A DNA stretch of 38,185 nucleotides from positions 1 through 38,185 of the forward strand of contig NW_021835882.1 of the NCBI RefSeq assembly GCF_006345805.1, written 5' to 3'. Position 1 is the first letter of the stretch. Each line of letters opens with the position of its first letter. The translations under genes and the position numbers were made by a program. Below the pieces are notes generated by a model. That model saw only the letters and a program-made list of their open reading frames with translations. It did not search any database and was not told where the DNA came from. Source of the stretch: Octopus sinensis. Its lineage: Eukaryota. This document shows, piece by piece, positions 36,020-38,185 of the stretch.

Positions 36020-36375
36020 AAAACCAGGCCTTTCCCTGGAAATACAGCACTAGGTTGGTAGCCAATTTATTGAAAGGAGTCTGCATGGTTTCCAACGTAA
36101 CACTTTCGCTACCTGATCGAGTTGCCACAACTTGTAGTGATTTTGGGCAAGTGTAGGGCATTCGTTCGTGATATGGGCAATGGCTTTGTCCACTCTATTA
36201 CAGACGTAGCAGAGCGAAGACACTTGGTCATTCCTGAGGTTGACCCTCCAGTTCGTGGCCAGAGCTTGGTCTTGCGCTTCCAGTATAGAGCTCTCCGTCT
36301 CTTTTGTTAGGGTTCCTTTCATCAGCCAATCCTACCTATTTTTCCAGCAACTTCTGTTGTGGCTACATGGAATTG
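36020..36375 (-). mobile_element. R4/Dong internal fragment (zinc-knuckle region)
   Basis: ORF 36050-36322: KGTLTKETESSILEAQDQALATN...CYVC...AHITNECPTLAQNHYK...DQVAKVLRW. Confidence 0.85.
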
Positions 36376-36381
36376 ATTGTG

Positions 36382-36414
<33 letters not shown>

Positions 36415-36419
36415 ATTAA

Positions 36420-36603
36420 GGCGGCGATCTGGCAGAATCGTTAGCACCGCCGGGAGAAATGCTTAGCGGTATTTCGTCTGTTGCTATTTTGCTTTTCATC
36501 CTTTCAGGGTCGATAAATTAAGTACCAGTGAAACACCGGGGTCGATGTAATCGACTAGTTATCTTCCCCTAAAATTTCAGGCCTTGTGTCTTTAGTATGA
36601 AGG

Positions 36604-36604
<1 letters not shown>
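36420..36604 (+). mobile_element. SINE family A lacking the B-box segment, within (TTA)n
   Basis: GGCGGCGATCTGGCAGAATCGTTAGC head; GGCCTTGTGTCTTTAGTATGAAGG(ATT)n tail. Confidence 0.88.
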
Positions 36605-36634
<30 letters not shown>

Positions 36635-36636
<2 letters not shown>

Positions 36637-37197
36637 GAGTGAGAGAGCAGTACATGCCATAAAAATGACACTGGGGTAAAATATACGAAGCCACGAAGCC
36701 CAGTATACCCATCATGACTACCCGTCTGATAAGGGTACACCAGGTACATGCATCACAACCATACGTGCGCGACATGGTAATCTCATATCAAGATAAACAG
36801 CACATCACCTTGCAGGTGGGGCCCAGTTACAATTTTCTTCTGGTCGAGTAACCCATGCCACTCTAAAGATACCTGAATGAGGGTTGTTTAAGGATGTTGA
36901 ACGAAACACCCGTGTCTCCAGAGGTGAATTATTCAAACCCAAAAGAATCCCTCTCAACACATGGCTATGATGCTCCTTCACTACTTCTGCTCGTGATCAG
37001 AGATGCGCATATCGTCAGCCACTAAGGGACATGCTCAACTGGTTAAGGTCAAACAACTGACAAGCAAATCTGTGGTATTGAGCAGAATATTTGCTGTAGC
37101 CCATCTTTTATACCTAGACAAAACAATGTACATGATAACACTTCCAATCAGTTAAGATCAGGAGCCATGAGAGCCACTGTCTAGTACTGCATCAGGG

Positions 37198-37199
<2 letters not shown>
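36635..37199 (-). mobile_element. Family E repeat, full length (565 bp)
   Basis: Reverse complement of 9788-10302; (TTA)n on both sides. Confidence 0.9.
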
Positions 37200-37235
<36 letters not shown>

Positions 37236-37674
37236 GTTTATTGCTGCATCTCACTTAGTAATCTTTTATTCCCTTTATTTCTCCCCACTTCATAACCCTC
37301 TCCAACCGCTTCTTTTTCTCACCCTCAACTACCCTTTTCCCTCTCCCCACTCCCTCTCCCCACTCCCTCTCCCTCCCTCTCTCACTCACCGTTTCACCCT
37401 CTTTAGCAATATAACACCAAAATGGTGGCGTTGCGCAAATATGTTATGTCAACTGTCACCTATAATGAGAGAAGGTCTCATAATTCTAGATAGTTATTAC
37501 AATACGCTTACAATGTATTCGCTATTGGATTTCCCTGTCACAACTACTGCCACTGCATCTCTTTCGAAACTCCCAAAAGCAACAATAGCGTTAACAAGGA
37601 AGTACAGAGTAAACACGAAAAATCAAATGTGGGAGAAGAGCAGAGCAAAAGTCTCGGTTTCATGAATGCAATAT

Positions 37675-37728
37675 ATGTGTGTATGTTTGTGTTATTAAGC
37701 GTGTGTGTGTGTGTGCGTAAGTGTGAGC

Positions 37729-37766
<38 letters not shown>

Positions 37767-37906
37767 TAATATATTATGTAGTATGTTATGTATATGGATT
37801 GTTTATATATATGTATGTATTTATGTAGTATGTATCTATTTATATGTATTACATGTGTGTGAATTTGTACAATAGTTTACATAAGTATATAACACTGTAT
37901 GTGTAA

Positions 37907-37949
<43 letters not shown>

Positions 37950-38185
37950 AATATATACACACACAAACATATATTTGTGTGTGGATGTACGCATATACAT
38001 ATGCATATATACATATACCTAAAATATACGTGCATGCACACATCTTTACACCTATATACATACACACTACATACATGCACATGCACATACATAGAAGCAG
38101 TTATATATTCATACATAAAAATAAGCATTTATATACACATATGAGTATGTATTTATACATATATACACACATGCACGCGAACTCT
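37675..38185. repeat. Mixed (TG)/(TA)/(CA) low-complexity tract
   Basis: Directly visible. Confidence 0.9.

Noticed and set aside
37145-37195. Short resemblance of the family E end to U2 snRNA motifs
   Set aside because: Two very short imperfect matches with wrong spacing, no Sm site and no branch-point pairing region; likely chance.

Overview
Eukaryotic, AT-rich, repeat-saturated non-coding DNA (intergenic or within a large intron). The SINE and microsatellite landscape looks like an octopod cephalopod (Octopus-like); this is inferred from pattern recognition, not a database hit. I cannot support any intact host protein-coding gene, rRNA, true tRNA or CRISPR array; nearly all ORF-track entries are microsatellite or TE artefacts. 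Contents (family labels A-G are my own): about 20 tRNA-headed SINE copies (A, B, C, D); decayed non-LTR retrotransposon fragments (one CR1-like, two or three RTE, four R4/Dong); a 565-bp (TAA)n-embedded repeat (E, three copies); non-autonomous DNA elements (hAT MITE, Tc1/pogo-type MITE, Helitron, Helentron-type); and many microsatellites. Best leads: (1) a tRNA-headed element carrying a Penelope-type minimal hammerhead ribozyme motif; (2) several non-autonomous elements whose likely LINE partners are in the same window (B with CR1-like, C with RTE, E with R4/Dong); (3) a start-less 265-codon poly-Asp reading frame that the ORF track misses.
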